Positions 24,945 to 47,000 of a stretch of DNA of 64,000 nucleotides are shown one piece after another. The position numbers were made by a program, and so were the translations under genes. The notes beneath the pieces are model-generated. The model was not told the origin of the DNA, did no database searches, and saw only the letters and a list, made by a program, of their open reading frames with translations. The stretch spans positions 52,514,001-52,578,000 of the forward strand of contig OZ296650.1 in assembly GCA_965655095.1 (NCBI GenBank). The letters are read 5' to 3'. Source of the stretch: Haplodiscus bocki. Taxonomy: Eukaryota. Each line of letters begins with the position of its first letter. The stretch's first letter is position 1.

Positions 24945-27900
24945 GAAACTAAAAAACGCGCAAAGGAAACCTCTGAAACTTTGCTTAAATGTGAATTTTA
25001 CTGCCAGTACAAAAAATTCAATGGAAATCTGAATTTAAGCAAACAATGTTTGCTGCTCCACAAACAACTTTTCTTTTTCACTCATTTCGGCTGGAAAAAG
25101 GTTCTCAAAACGCTGCTGCAGAAATTGAGTGAACCAAAAAGTCAGCTAAAAATGAGTTTAAAAAATACCAGACAAGTAATTTACTGGCCTCACCGGCGAT
25201 GAAAATGGTGGGAAACGGTGAAGTTTTTGACTTTTTTCGCAAACCTTTCCGCAAGAAGAACACCCATTAAGATCGATTTTTTTTTCAATTGGCAGGGATG
25301 AAAAAGCCTTAGTTTGTCAGGGCTTTCAACAGCATCGATGCCCACTACAGGCATATAATGTTGATGTTATAGGAAAATAGGCAGTTGCCCTGAGTATTTT
25401 TTAGCGTCTTCAAAGTAGTTTCACTTGTAAATTCTCGGTGAAAAAGTGTGCAGACGCCGTAAATTTAATATATGAACAACAACTAACTTGTGGAATTTTT
25501 GATGTAAATTACAGGAGGTCGTCGAGCAGTTGGTCAGACGTACCGGACTGTCGATATTGAAACAGACAGTTCTTGAATGACGGCTTCAAGGACGGTTACA
25601 AATAAGGGACATGGAGATAAAACAAACCTAGCCATCCGGAACTGGTTATAGGTTCGAGGGGCCCGTAGAAAGGAGTTACCAACGCGTTTAACCTATTAGG
25701 AGAATCGCAGCTCTGACGCTGAGTTGGAAAGCAAAAGAACGAAAATTCTGTGAAAAACGACAAAGTTTTGTGTTTTGTGGCTAATTGTAAAGCGTAACAA
25801 TTACCATTTAAACAAAAACTTCAAATGGTTGAAAATTTGTTCAGAATGAATCACCTAGTATCTATTGGAGCTATTGCGGTGGTCACAAAGTTCATTGGAA
25901 GGGCAACAGGGCAAAAGTTTCTGGAGACAACGAGAATTTAGCTACTTTTGCCGCCTCTCAAACGCTAAAAAAGACCTTCATCTTGCAACATGCCTAATTT
26001 CTAATGAAATCTGTTAATTATATATCCATTTTATGAACGTTAGATACAAATGTAGCCAAGAAGTGAAACTGAAGGACAAAAGATCCAAATTTCTGCTACA
26101 GTTGAATTGTTAGCTATTTCTCGACTACTTCAAACCATCTGAAAACCTCGACCAAAATTTTTTTTCAAATTTCTGCTATTTTTAGGTAACGTTGAGCGTC
26201 TTCAGCATTTTACTTGGGACGTCCAGCCAGAAATTTGATACGGAAGGCAAAAGTGGAAAAAGTCGAGAAAAAAATACGGTATTACCAATGTTTGGTTGAC
26301 TTAAAAGCGTCACAAACGCAATCTGAGCCTTTAAGAAACCTATGTGAAGAAAAAAATTTAGCAAATGTTGCTATATTTTGTTAAACTAATACTTCTTAGT
26401 TTTATTAGTTTGAGATAGTTGCTAGAGATTTGATATGAAAAGCAACAGCACGAAGTTTCTGTAGAATGCTGAAATTAGCTACTTCCGGCCTATTACAGTA
26501 AAACACTACTGATACCGAAAATTCGGCAATTTCCAATATTGTATGCTGCTTTTGTAGTTAAAAAAGTAGTCGAGAAGGCGAAGTAGCAAAGTTTCTGAAA
26601 AAAAAACAAGATTAGGATTTTTCTTTTATCAAAGAACATGGAAATTAATGTTTTTTTTTCAACAAAATTTTCTAGAAAACGGTACGCTCGACCTGATGGG
26701 CAAAAATTTAGGGCTAAGTGTTTTATGGTACGGAAAATGGTGAAAAATTGTGCAAAAATTCCGACACTCGGGCAAAAATTTTCCAGTTACTTGGGAGTTA
26801 TTTTAATGTTATAACTTTTTCTGCAGCACAGTAGAGCAACTTTATTGAAGCATCGTACAATCGTACTAATGTTAAAGTGTGAGCAAAAAATTAATTTGGT
26901 GGGCGATAGTCAGGGTAAAAATCGCGAATTTAACCAGCTATGTTTATTTTTAGCCTACTTGTAAAATTGTGCAAATTATGCAAAAGTGTTTTTGTTTATT
27001 GATTTAGATTATTTCCTACATGAAAAGTAAAATTGAGTATTGGTAGACGTAAATGCATTGGGATGATGAATTAGACGGAAAACTTTCCAATTATGTCACA
27101 AATTCAAAAATGTGACAGGAAAAAACTGCGACAAAAGTGGTAACAATGGAAGCCTTACTTGCTTCACTCGCTCGCCGCTGAAAATAAATTTGGTCTTTCC
27201 AAATTCCGGTGCGGCGTTGGAATGGGTTCCGGTTCGGTCGCGTAAAAAGAGATCATCACACACAATTTGTTCCACGCAATTAAGTTTGTGGCGGAAAATT
27301 CTAAATGACCAACCATACTTCCCACACTACACATTGCAAGCGATATTTCGTCAAAGATTTCGGAAAAAGAATGAAGAGAGATGGTGTTCAAACTCTGAGA
27401 AAACAAGACAAATTCAAATGTCTTCAAAAAAACGACAACTAAAGCAAACTAAGTTGGAATTTGCAAGCTGAACAAGCTATCATTGAGATATGCGATTGCG
27501 ACGACGAACACCCGACCATACCATCGCCAGAAATAACTTAGAACCCAAGACGTCCAAGAATTGAACAAGAAACTTTCCGAAAAAGTAACCCAAACAAAAG
27601 AGGATCAAATTTGTACTGGAACTCAGCAGTGAGTTTTGGAATCCTAGAGAAGAAAAATGAAACAAAAAAGCTAGAAAAACCGATATTTTCTCGTTCTGTA
27701 AACCGCTGATGCTGAAACTGAAAACAATCGTTCATCTTCCCCATTATAAGGTGGTGCTTTAATTTGTGATATAGCACTACAGTAGTGTGATGAAAAAAAA
27801 GGAACCTTTATTTTGTAATAAAGATTAGAATGATACTTGCAGTTGCTCAATAATCACAAACTGTGGTCGAAATCAATGTTTTTTAAAGTTCTTTCTAGTT

Positions 27901-28343
27901 TAAAATGGTGTTTTTGGAAAAATTTTTAGGATGATTATTATAGAAGTTAGGAATTTCTGATTCTTTATGTATACGGACACAGAGGCGAAGCTGTGCTTCG
28001 CAACGCTTGCGCCAACGGAATACTAAGGAATAAATCGAAAAAGTATAACGGCTTTATAAAGGGGCCACGGTATTACAAAAAACTAGTGATTTAAGAATTA
28101 AACAAAAATTTAATTAGCTCGGTTATTTCTTATAAGCTTATATACAAATGTAACAAGAACAAAACTTAGAGCAGTTAATTGGCCTTATATATATTTCTTA
28201 AAAAACAAGCATGCAAACTGAAAAATTGGCCATCTGAACAAATTTTTGGGAGAAAGCGAGAGTGCATGAATAAAATCTAGGCAATAGTAGAATGTAGGTA
28301 CACATGTGAGTTGTAACGGATCGGAAAAGAAAAAAACAAGACT

Positions 28344-28800
28344 GCCGGCTACCACCGGTATTTTTTCCGCCTTCCCATTTTGGTAAAGATGCTTTCTGAA
28401 AGGATCAAAGCGTTTTTTCTTCAATCAAAGTACTCTTTCTTCATCATTTTTTTTTCCATTTTGCAAAGTTTCTGATTTTTTGCCAAAAAACATCATAATA
28501 AAGGTGAAAAAAAAATTGAAAAAGATTATCAATTGATACGCATTCTACAGCAAATTTGCCACCGTTAGCGACTTTGAAAAAAAAATGAAGTTTTAATACA
28601 CAGCACAACGTTTTTTCCAAAATCCCAAATTGCTTACGTATTTGAGGAATCTTCCTATTTCAGTCGCATTCTTTGGGAATTTTGCTGAACTTTGGTGATT
28701 CAAAAATTTTCAAAGCCAGAACCGTTGGACATTCGAACATTTCCAATTGGCAAATAAAGGTTAAGAAAACATTCGCGTTGAGTGGATGGTTTTCCTCCCA
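28344..28800 (+). repeat. Dispersed repeat, copy 1 of 3 (also about 37183-37600 and 39298-39700)
   Basis: Shared start ccggcta(c/g)c(a/t)ccg..ttttt..gcc.tcc, and shared internal ttctacagcaaatttgccacc in the copies at 28344 and 39298. Confidence 0.65.
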
Positions 28801-30526
28801 AATTATAAAAATAGCCGAAACTACTTGTCAACGTTTACTGCGAGTTCTTTGTTTCAATTAAGAGTAAGTAAATCATATTTTCAACTTAAATTTGAGATGA
28901 ATACGAATACCTACAAAAGATATGCAACATTCATGGTCCACTTGCTCAAATCAAGAGCCCTGACGTGACATACAAGGCCAACTTGTTGAGAAATAAGGTT
29001 ATCCTTGTTTTTCAGATGAATGCTCTATTGACGGATCTGAGGCTCGGACTATGCAAGAGGGAAATCTCATCACAACGCCAATGGTTTTGCTTTTACTCCA
29101 GTTCCACGTTCATTTCGGCTCTAAAACACGTTAGAAGGGCTCTGAAGAGCGTGTAAACGGAAAACAGTACCCTCATGAGGTTATTGATTGTTATTATAGG
29201 AATTGCAGGTATTTGCTAAAATAGGTACGCTTCATGACTTTTTTATCAGATATTTGAAGCGTCTAATTGTCAAATTGCAAAGGTGTGAATGTAAGTGCCT
29301 AATAGTAGTGTTACAGCTACCGTATAAAACTTCAGTGCTCCTTTAAGTATATTCAGTTTGTTACATGTAGTTCAATAAATGAATTCACTTGCATGTGAAC
29401 TTCACTCAACAATATTGACGATGTTTATGGCGGATAACATATAGATTTATATTTCACCTTTTTCGATCATTCGTCGTAAATGCCAGTTTGAAGCTAATTA
29501 ATTGTAACTTTTTGATGAATCGATGCGAGCAAAGATTACTATTTTTACGCTTTTTTGGATATTTTTCTCTTTTGCCCACTGAATCAAGTTCCCAAGTACC
29601 AGTCCATTTTCAGTTGACACGGAAATAAATTTTTTCAATTTTTGTTGATTTCTGAAAATTGTTCAAAGAACAAGTTTTTTTCTGTTTTCAAGCAGCTCTA
29701 GCTAGCAAAATTTGCAACTTGCCGGCATTATTGGCCATTCTACCTTTCAAAAGAGTTTTCTTGCTGCAATTACTCAATATATCGTTCAAATTACAATTGC
29801 TAGTGATTTTCGCACAAAAATGAAATTTTTCCAAAAGTTCAAAGCAAGCAAACATGTTTAGAATCAAATAAAGTTAGCTACTGCCCACTTCTTGGGATTT
29901 TATTTATTTGTACTTCAAATTAGATTTTTCGATACTATTCCATAATGTACCGATTTGACATAAAAGTTTCTAGCAGTTTTGGATGGAATATGAAAACTTT
30001 GAACGCGTTATTTTTATGCTTTATACCCATCTATTTTTTCAACTAAACCCCAACTATTGAATGTTTTGACAAACTTACTTCTTCAGTAGCATTCTGCAGC
30101 AAATATACCAGAATTTGGTGATAAAAATTTTTTAAAGTCAGAGCATGACCTTAGCCTTGAGTTGAAGAGCATGAATTGGCAAATCAGCGTTTGAAAAACG
30201 TCGGATTTGAACGTTTTGAGTAGATAATTTTCATTTCTTATTATAAATATGGACAGAAAATGAAAAAAGCCTGTATTGTAGTACTTGCTTGCGTAAGTGT
30301 GAGAAAATAAGAGTTTCTTTTTGCATCGAAATTTTCGAAGAAAGTAATGAAAAATAGTTCCAGTTTTAAATAACTTCAATGTATCAAACCAATAATTGAC
30401 TGCCATCCAAAAAGAAAAAGCGTAGAGTTTCTTTATTCTCTGCCCTGTGAACCAAACAAACAGCGGCTTTGAAAAAAAAAGATATCATTTGAAAAAGTTT
30501 TCTTTCACAACGTTGATGTGATGATA

Positions 30527-31812
30527 CACTAGTGTGATAAAAGAATCGGACTCCTTACTGTGAGAAAAGTTTCGGATGATCAATAAAATCTCCTGCAGAA
30601 GCAATTCTAACAAAAAATGAATACCGAAATCATTGAAACTACCAACAAAAAAACTCAAAAGTTAATGTTTTTTCCATTACACTGGATAATTTTATTTAAT
30701 CTATCTGGAATTGACCTATATAAGTTTTGAATGTACTCCAATGATATTCTTTCGAATTCTTCTTGACAAAATGCCCAAAGTTCCTCAATATTTTTGGGAT
30801 GTCTTTGGAAAACTCTTTTCTTTAGCAGACTTTAAACATTTTCGATAATATTGATGTCTGGTGAATTCGGTGGCCAGTTTTCGAGAATTTCTAATCCATT
30901 TTCGGAAAACCAAGTCTTTGAAAGGATCGAATTATGTGCAGGAGCGTTATCTTGCTGCAATTTTTCGCCCAAAAACATTTCCGGCAATAGATTTTCTTGC
31001 AAAATCTGCAATTATTTGATCGAAATTATCGTTCCACAGACTTTTTGGAGACATTTCCGACCATCGTGGGCAATAAAACCCCAAAGCATCAATTTTTTCC
31101 GCCAAATTTTTGGGTTTCCGATAGATTCTTCCTTTCCATTCCGGTATTGGGTAAACGACGGACTAATACTTGTTTGTTAGGGTGCGGTTCCAGAGTTGTT
31201 TCGTCCGAAAACAGCACATTTTACCAGAAAATTTTGGGAAGTAAAGCGTGTTCTTTTGCCCAAACTTTTCTGGCAAGTCAATTTTTCGCTGTAAGATAGG
31301 GTTTTTTGATAGCAATTCTGGCACGCAAATGATAGGAGATTAATATTCTTCGTAACAAACTTGTGGAACATTTTTTTTCGGGTTAAGATGCCATAAAAAT
31401 TGAGTTGATTTTTTGGGATCATTCTGTGATAAATTTACCAATCGTTTTTCCTCTTTAGAATCCAAATTTTTCGGTCTACCCGGAATTTTTCGATTTTTGA
31501 CATGTCCGCTGGAATTATATCTTCGAACAATATCCCAACAAGTGCTTTTTGGAACAGACGTAGCCTTCGAAATTGAGAATAAACTGTATCCTTTGTGGTA
31601 AAGTGAAACTACCTTTTGTTTAGCTTCAATACTGCAATTAGGCATCCTCAAACTTTTTAAGCCAACTAATTTTATGAAACTTGTCAATTGTATTTACCAA
31701 GAATTAAGTTTCTCAAAACTAATTTCTGTTAATTAGGATTTTACTTGCTCAGAAGTATACCGTCCGAAACTTTTCTCACAGTAAGGAGTCCGATTCTTTA
31801 ATCACACTAGTG
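30527..31812 (-). mobile_element. Tc1-like DNA transposon (DD35E), full length but frameshifted
   Basis: About 50-bp TIRs CACTAGTGTGAT(A/T)AAAGAATCGGACTCCTTACTGTGAGAAAAGTTTCGGA flanked by TA TSDs. Transposase from the ATG at 31645 with paired-like HTH and GRPK, VLFSDET, QQDNAPAH and WPPNSPDINIIE. Confidence 0.95.
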
Positions 31813-32911
31813 TATATGTGAGATGTACCGTTTAGAATAAGATGGCCAGATAAGAAAATCAACGAGTCTGCACAAAATGCAGAGCCTAAAAAATGGCATA
31901 CGAAAGGGAACACATAGGGGTCAACGTCACTGGGTAAGACATACCTACTAATCAGAGCCGATATCTTGGTTCGAATAATTTAGATTCCTAGATAAGTTCC
32001 TTTAGCTCTCTGCCAACAGATTGTTTTTTTTTTCAGAAAAAGATTGATCCTATTCATGCTTTCATGAACGTAAAATGGATGGCACCAGATCTACGAATCA
32101 ATCACTTTTTCAAGAAAAGTTTCATTCAATTTATGCTCAAAAACCTAAATTGGATGGCTCCAGTTGCTAATCAACCAGTTGAATGCCTTACATAGAGTGT
32201 CTTCTGGAGATCTACATTTATCAAGAATCTAGTACACTCTATTCGCAAAAATTTTTGAGTACATTCACAAATTTAGATTGTTTTATGTGTTTGATTCCTT
32301 TTTTGAATTTTGGCGGTTAAGAGATTTAAATTGGTTGAAATCTTCTTGAAAATCTTGGAGAACTCCAGAAATACATTTTTAGCTATATGTTTTCCAAAAT
32401 GCTTGTCTGTATATTTCTCGGAGACTTACAATTTTTCTTAAAATGTATCGCTTTCCAAGTTGAACATCGAGCTGGATCAACGGAGTTAAAATGAACCTTG
32501 TTTGGTTCACCATATATGAGTTTTACGTATTGAAGAACTACTGTTTTTGCACAAAAATTGTCGAAGTAAAATAGATTTCATGCGATCTAGATCCCTAACC
32601 CTATATATTTTTACGCGGAATTTTTCAGGTTTTACAAAATCAATGTGTTCGTTATAATTCGTTTTCATCTACAGTAACGCCTAAATACATGATGGTTCCT
32701 CACCAAGTTCTGTTCTCATGTTTGTTGCGTTGGTGGGTGCCAAAGTTGATGTTTTCACTTTTTGACACGCTTTTTGTGAGTTCCATGTTCTAATTGATTT
32801 CTGTACCGCTTTTGTTTTTTATTTTCTATACTGTAAAGATGCCCCTGACCTACTGATTACATTCAAAAGTTGGCAGCCCCCCAGTGTTTACAATTTCACA
32901 GAACATAGGAA

Positions 32912-33061
32912 GTTTGGGGTTGAAACAACTTGTTGGAAAAATTTTGGTATACGGATATAGGGTTTGGGGTTGAAACAACTTGTTGGAAAAATTTTGGTAT
33001 ACGGATATAGGGTTTGGTGTTTAAACAACTTGTTGGAAAAATTTTGGTATACGGATATAGG
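32912..33061 (+). repeat. Tandem repeat, 3 x 50 bp
   Basis: gtttggggttgaaacaacttgttggaaaaattttggtatacggatatagg: two identical copies, third with 2 substitutions; no spacers. Confidence 0.95.
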
Positions 33062-34623
33062 GGGCATTTCAATTTGTCTGGCAGTGCTACAAAACTACCT
33101 AGAGGAGACTCTTATGTTTTGAAAACTATGGATTTTCTGTACTGGTTCGTATATGGCATTTCGTTTTTTGAGTGCACAAAATCATTTTTTGTCGATTACA
33201 GTGAAAATTTGGTTTCTGTCAAAAACATGAAAATAGAAAAGACGATCTGAAGAATAAATCATCGGATATTGTTTTTATATCCCGATTAAACGTTTTTCTT
33301 GAAAATTCCGGTCTGGCGCTGAATATATGTTTTGCATTACTCGAAATTGCCGATGGCTCTCATTGATCCTATTTCCCCCGAATCGAAAATTGGCATCATA
33401 GTTCGCCATTATTTGGTCTTGCAATAGACTAGCGCGAAGCATGCTTCTTGTCGAAGGTCACAATGGTCTAACCTACATTGGTATTTTCACCTCCAATTCC
33501 TTTTTCTGATATAACGCTTTCTAAGCCAGAATTATATTTGCTTCATCGGTTTTCATTTGGACTATTTTTCCAAGGAATTTCAACGGCTTTTGAATCAAAG
33601 TGGATTTTATAATTCTAGACGAACTATTCACAAAACGAGTGCAGTTGAAGATTTGGATATCTTGTTCCATTTCCTTTCACGGAAGTCGTCAAAATTACAC
33701 GACTCGCTAAAAGTCAAAATTTAATCCGTTTGCATTCTGATCTGAACACCTGCCGCCTTCGTTTGCCACGGCAAACTTTCTAGCGCAGTCTATAGTTGCT
33801 CATCATCAGCTTTCGGTCCATCGAATTTTTTCACCAGCTCCTTTCGTTGAAACGTTCAAAAATGTACTCGCCAGCTCCCAAAAAAAATAATAATCGGGTT
33901 GAAAATTTTACCATTGAAAATATGATCACAAAAAATCTATTTTAATATTAAAAGGAAGTTTTTAGCTATTAGTTTTTACGCCTCTGCGAGGTGTAATTTG
34001 AGCTTTCCACGACTTGCACCACAAATGATCAAGAATTATAGTTGAAATAATTTATTATAAAATTTTGGCAGCATTTGAAATTCAAATTTGAAATTAAATT
34101 GTCTCAAATTATGAACAAAATGAAAATTTCGCTGTATTCAGAGGCTCCCTCAGTTCCATGGATGTTAGTTTTTTACATGATATCATCAATAAAATCATGA
34201 AATTTTCAACTAGACTTATTATTGAAATTCGTTTTCACTCTGTCAAAGTAACGACCATTCCCTGTTTTCATACCATACCAACTTTTCTAAAGATGAATCC
34301 GTTCCAAAAAAGCTTGAAGCAAGTGAAAATGAGAAAATTTTTCAGCAGCACCGTTCCAATTTTTACACAAAAATTAAGTCTATACTGCAAGCACGGGTGT
34401 ATTTGGAACTATTGCATAACACTCAAAAAAGCCAGAAACGTCAATTCGAATAGTCATCATATATTTACTAGTTGGCATAAATCTATTGTTTGTCACTGAA
34501 TTGCGCGTTTGCAAGCTCAGACAATAGAAATTTCCATTCTGTAAGAAATTTGAGTTCATAAGAGAGGTACAAGATGGAATTTACACTCACAGAAAAAGCA
34601 CGGAATTAAATGAGGTCAACTTG

Positions 34624-43391
<8,768 letters not shown>

Positions 43392-44017
43392 TTAAAAACA
43401 TCTACATTCTATTAGTGTTTTATATTCGCAGCCACATCAAAGCACTCGGAGTTTCAACCTGTTGGTTTCCTCCTTAGAGCTCACACCAACTGCAAGAAGA
43501 TTCAACATTATTCTAATCTGGAAGAAATTTGAACGTACAGAAGAACAAAACTTAGGTCACTGATTTGTTTGACTCCATCATGCGTCCTGTCGTGCCCACT
43601 AGAACTTATCCAATGAAAATAAGCTATGGCTAAGCTGCACTTTTGAGCCAAATCAAAATTTTTCCAAAATTCCAGATCTAAGTTAAACGCAGAGCAAAAA
43701 CTAAACAATAGCGTAAAAATAAAATTTTAAAAATGAAAAAGAATTAACCTCATAAGTAGTGCATAACGAAAAATGATGAAAAAACTAATAGAAAACTTTC
43801 CTAAACTTCAACTCAATCTATAAATGCAACGTCAACCTATTCGCCCACAGAGTTAAATATTACTGCCTCCAAACTTGAAGTTATCGCTTGAAGTAAGTAG
43901 GTTAATGCATCTGAAAAAATTAACAACAGCTCCGGTCGATTTTTCAAGTTATTCTTGGCAGTGTCACAACTCTTCTCGTGATGGAATAGATACCATAATT
44001 AACAACAACAGTCGCAT

Positions 44018-47000
44018 TCAGATATCGAAATCTTCATCTTCATGAGTGCCTGATGATCCTGTTGCTGCTGTACACTGACCAACAATTGCACCTGTTAACT
44101 GTGCTGAGGCAGAACTCTCGGCTAGTTCTCTCTGTAAAACATCCATTTCCTCCGCTGAACATTCCATTTCCATTTGTTTACGAGCCTAAATCAACCAAAA
44201 CCGAATGAAGCCAAATCATCGAGCCATTCCAGAAACAAATTGTGCGACACGAACAAGAACTAACTAAGAAGAAACTTCCTTTGACTAAAGAAATTCATGC
44301 GGCTCCAAAACATTTGTTACTGAAGTGGAAGCGATAATTGAAAGCGACAAGGCTAAACGCTGTCAGGACTATTCGTTTTATGCCATTTCAACCGTTCACA
44401 CCTTCAACCGCTTGCCTTTTTGATCGCCTGCTATTTCAACCGCTTCCATTATCGATTAATCAATTAATTACAGAAACTAAGTGTAAAATAAATTAATGCT
44501 TTTTAAACGTAATATTTAAAGCAAGGTTTGATTATGAAAGCGTCGTAGATACTGGATCCACCAATTAACACGCCGCTAATAGGAAACTTACACAGTTTGC
44601 ACCTACTCCTAATCCAAAATTGTATGAAAATATTCAGCCATTCAGCATTACAATAGCAGCAACTACCACATATTACAAACTCAATTTCAAATTACAGAAT
44701 CAAACCGAGACGGTAAAAGTGCAGTGCACGACGGTCACTCATATAACCAGAAACAAACAACTATAAACTGTATCCAATTGCGTTGCACAAAATATTATAA
44801 GTTAAAATGTCCCACAATCTTGAAAACTTGAAACGAAACTCATTGAAACAAAAGGTACCCATAATCGCGACCGCGACCCCCGCAAGGGTAAAGCGAAAGA
44901 AGTAATCAATCAGATCAAAAGAATATTCAACACCAACTGTGGCGATTGCCGATGAAATATCCGATATTTCCGATGATTATGCAGTTCAACTTACAATGCC
45001 CAGAAAAGACAACCTGTTGTTGCCAGCAGTCTCTCGAAAAAGATAAAAGGAGATGAATCTTCAAAAAGCTGCTCCGCCTGATCGACATTTTCATGTCATT
45101 GACGAGTTTGCTTCCTTCCTTCTACAAGAGAGTGGGGAAGATGATAATGACCGAATTCTAGTATTTGGAGATGCAACAATGAAGAACTTACTAAATTTGT
45201 CGAATATTTGGTTGATGGAACTTTTAAATTGTCACGAGAAATCTTCTATGAAACTTACAGAAATGATGTAGGGTTGCGCGGTATTGCTCCACCTTGTGTA
45301 CATGCGCTGCTACCGAACAAAACAGAAAAAACCCTTTAATATAATGATTGAATTGCTGAATGAGAAACGAGCCCCCGCCTATTTAAAGGCATCTTTTGAG
45401 CTGGTTATTGAAGAAATAACAGACGTTATCGAAAAAGAACAGTTCGGAGGAAGTGTCATCAAGAAAATGGATGAACTTGCAAAATATTTCAAAAGTACTT
45501 ATATGGAAAACCCGATTTTAAATAAAAAGCCACCTTTCCCAATCGAAATGTGGAACCAGTATGACGCAGCCGGAGAGGGGGTAGCCCGGACAACAAATAG
45601 CGTAGAAGGCTGGCGTTTCGGACTGCAGGCGTAATTTAGTGGTTCCACGCCGAAAATTTGTTTGCTCTCACGAAACTTCAAAAAAAAGATTCGAAAATGC
45701 AGAAGTTTAAATATATTCAAGAGTCTGCCGGATTATTGTGCTCCAAGCGCCTCCGGTAAGAAAAAATTGAAAAATATGCAAATAATCCAGAGCACTTATG
45801 AGTTCCAAAATGCTGTGCCACATCTTGGAGCAAAAGTAAAATTCAGATAAAAAAACTTATATAGTTTTTGGTAGGTTTTGTTTCTTTTATTTTGCTGTAA
45901 TTATTCATTTTTTGTCTTCTGAGGCAAATTGAGTTTATGGTTTGTTTGCAGAGAAGGAAATATTAAGCTGATGGGATATTCGATTTTTTTTATCGTAACG
46001 CCTCCTTGCAGCCTCCCGGAGTGCGTCTCACAACATTAACATGACTGTCTGTTCAGTTTAATCCAAGAGACACTGTCACCTCTGAGATCGCAAGTACGTT
46101 GACTAAGGGCTGGCTGACCCTTTAGAAAAATGTTCAAAGCCGGTGACGCGAAATCAAAATCCATTCAAGTTTGTTGTACTAGTCAGATGCGAAGTGCATT
46201 TGATTTCTTTCTGGTGAAGTTCGGACACATCACTTTCAAGTTTGGTATACATGGCAGTTTGTCCAATTTGACCCTCAAAAATTACGTAACATTGTCTTAT
46301 TGATAACAATTGATTCCTTAATTACTTCAATTGTTTTCGAGCGTCTTGAAAAAATTGAATAACCCGGAATTTAATGAAATAGGTCGGATTTGCGGCGGTC
46401 GAATTTGCAAGCGGTTGAGTCTGTGAACGGCTGAAAGTTTGAACGGTCGAAATTGCAATTGAAATGGCGTAGGACGAAATGACAAGAAACCGGCTAAACA
46501 TACATAATAAACATTGTTCAAATCATCATGTCGGCTTCCCCCAAAATCACGAAATCAGATCGAAACAACCACGCTAATTAATAAATGAAACCGTATAAAC
46601 GTTAAAAGTAGTCAAAATAAGTTGAAGTTCACTTTATTACTCAATTGATACTGATATTAGGAGCTGATTCGAGACATTACAACTTACAATGAAATTCCTC
46701 TCTTCATTTAGATTACCCTGCAAAAAATCACTATCACGTTAGCATTCACTTCGCAAAAGCTCTTATCTGGAATTTTTCGAAAACGTGCACCAAATTTTAT
46801 GTCAAAATCAAGTTATCGAGCATCTATATCGAACATAGAGGTGAAGCGGTTCTTCCCAATATATTCGGGAATGTCAGCTGAGATCACGGATCCCAAAATA
46901 CATCTAAAACTATGATCGGATGTGTGATTACCACTCTTAGCAATACTATACCAGCTGTCAATCAAGAGTTCTTTCAAAAAATAGGTCAAATCGAAACAAG

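Larger units (their letters stand above)
25515..32765 (+). pseudogene. Decayed alpha-carbonic anhydrase pseudogene (tandem paralogue)
   Basis: Exon 29016-29179 (phase 1-0, like CARP exon 3510-3667) reads LLQFHVHFGSKTR*KGSEERVNGKQYPHE with an in-frame TAG at 29132-29134. Weaker remnants: SSSWSDVPDCRY*NRQ (about 25520), VRFMTF.. with stops (29225-29290), CLT*SVFW..FIKN (about 32190), ILENSRNTF (about 32355), hydrophobic tail (about 32720). Outer limits uncertain. Confidence 0.7.

Noticed and set aside
29132-29134. In-frame TAG as stop-codon recoding or an alternative genetic code
   Set aside because: Neighbouring CA remnants have TGA and TAA stops plus frameshifts, and WDR47, DR1 and the CARP exons read cleanly in the standard code; ordinary pseudogenisation is simpler.
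32912-33061. Repeat with GTTT...AAAC look resembling a CRISPR repeat
   Set aside because: Head-to-tail 50-bp copies with no unique spacers, no cas genes and a eukaryotic context: a minisatellite.
44018-44173. Stand-alone 51-aa uORF or micropeptide upstream of WDR47 (MEMECSAEE...EDFDI)
   Set aside because: Better explained as the last exon of DR1: acceptor at 44186, in frame, and matching the DR1 acidic tail.
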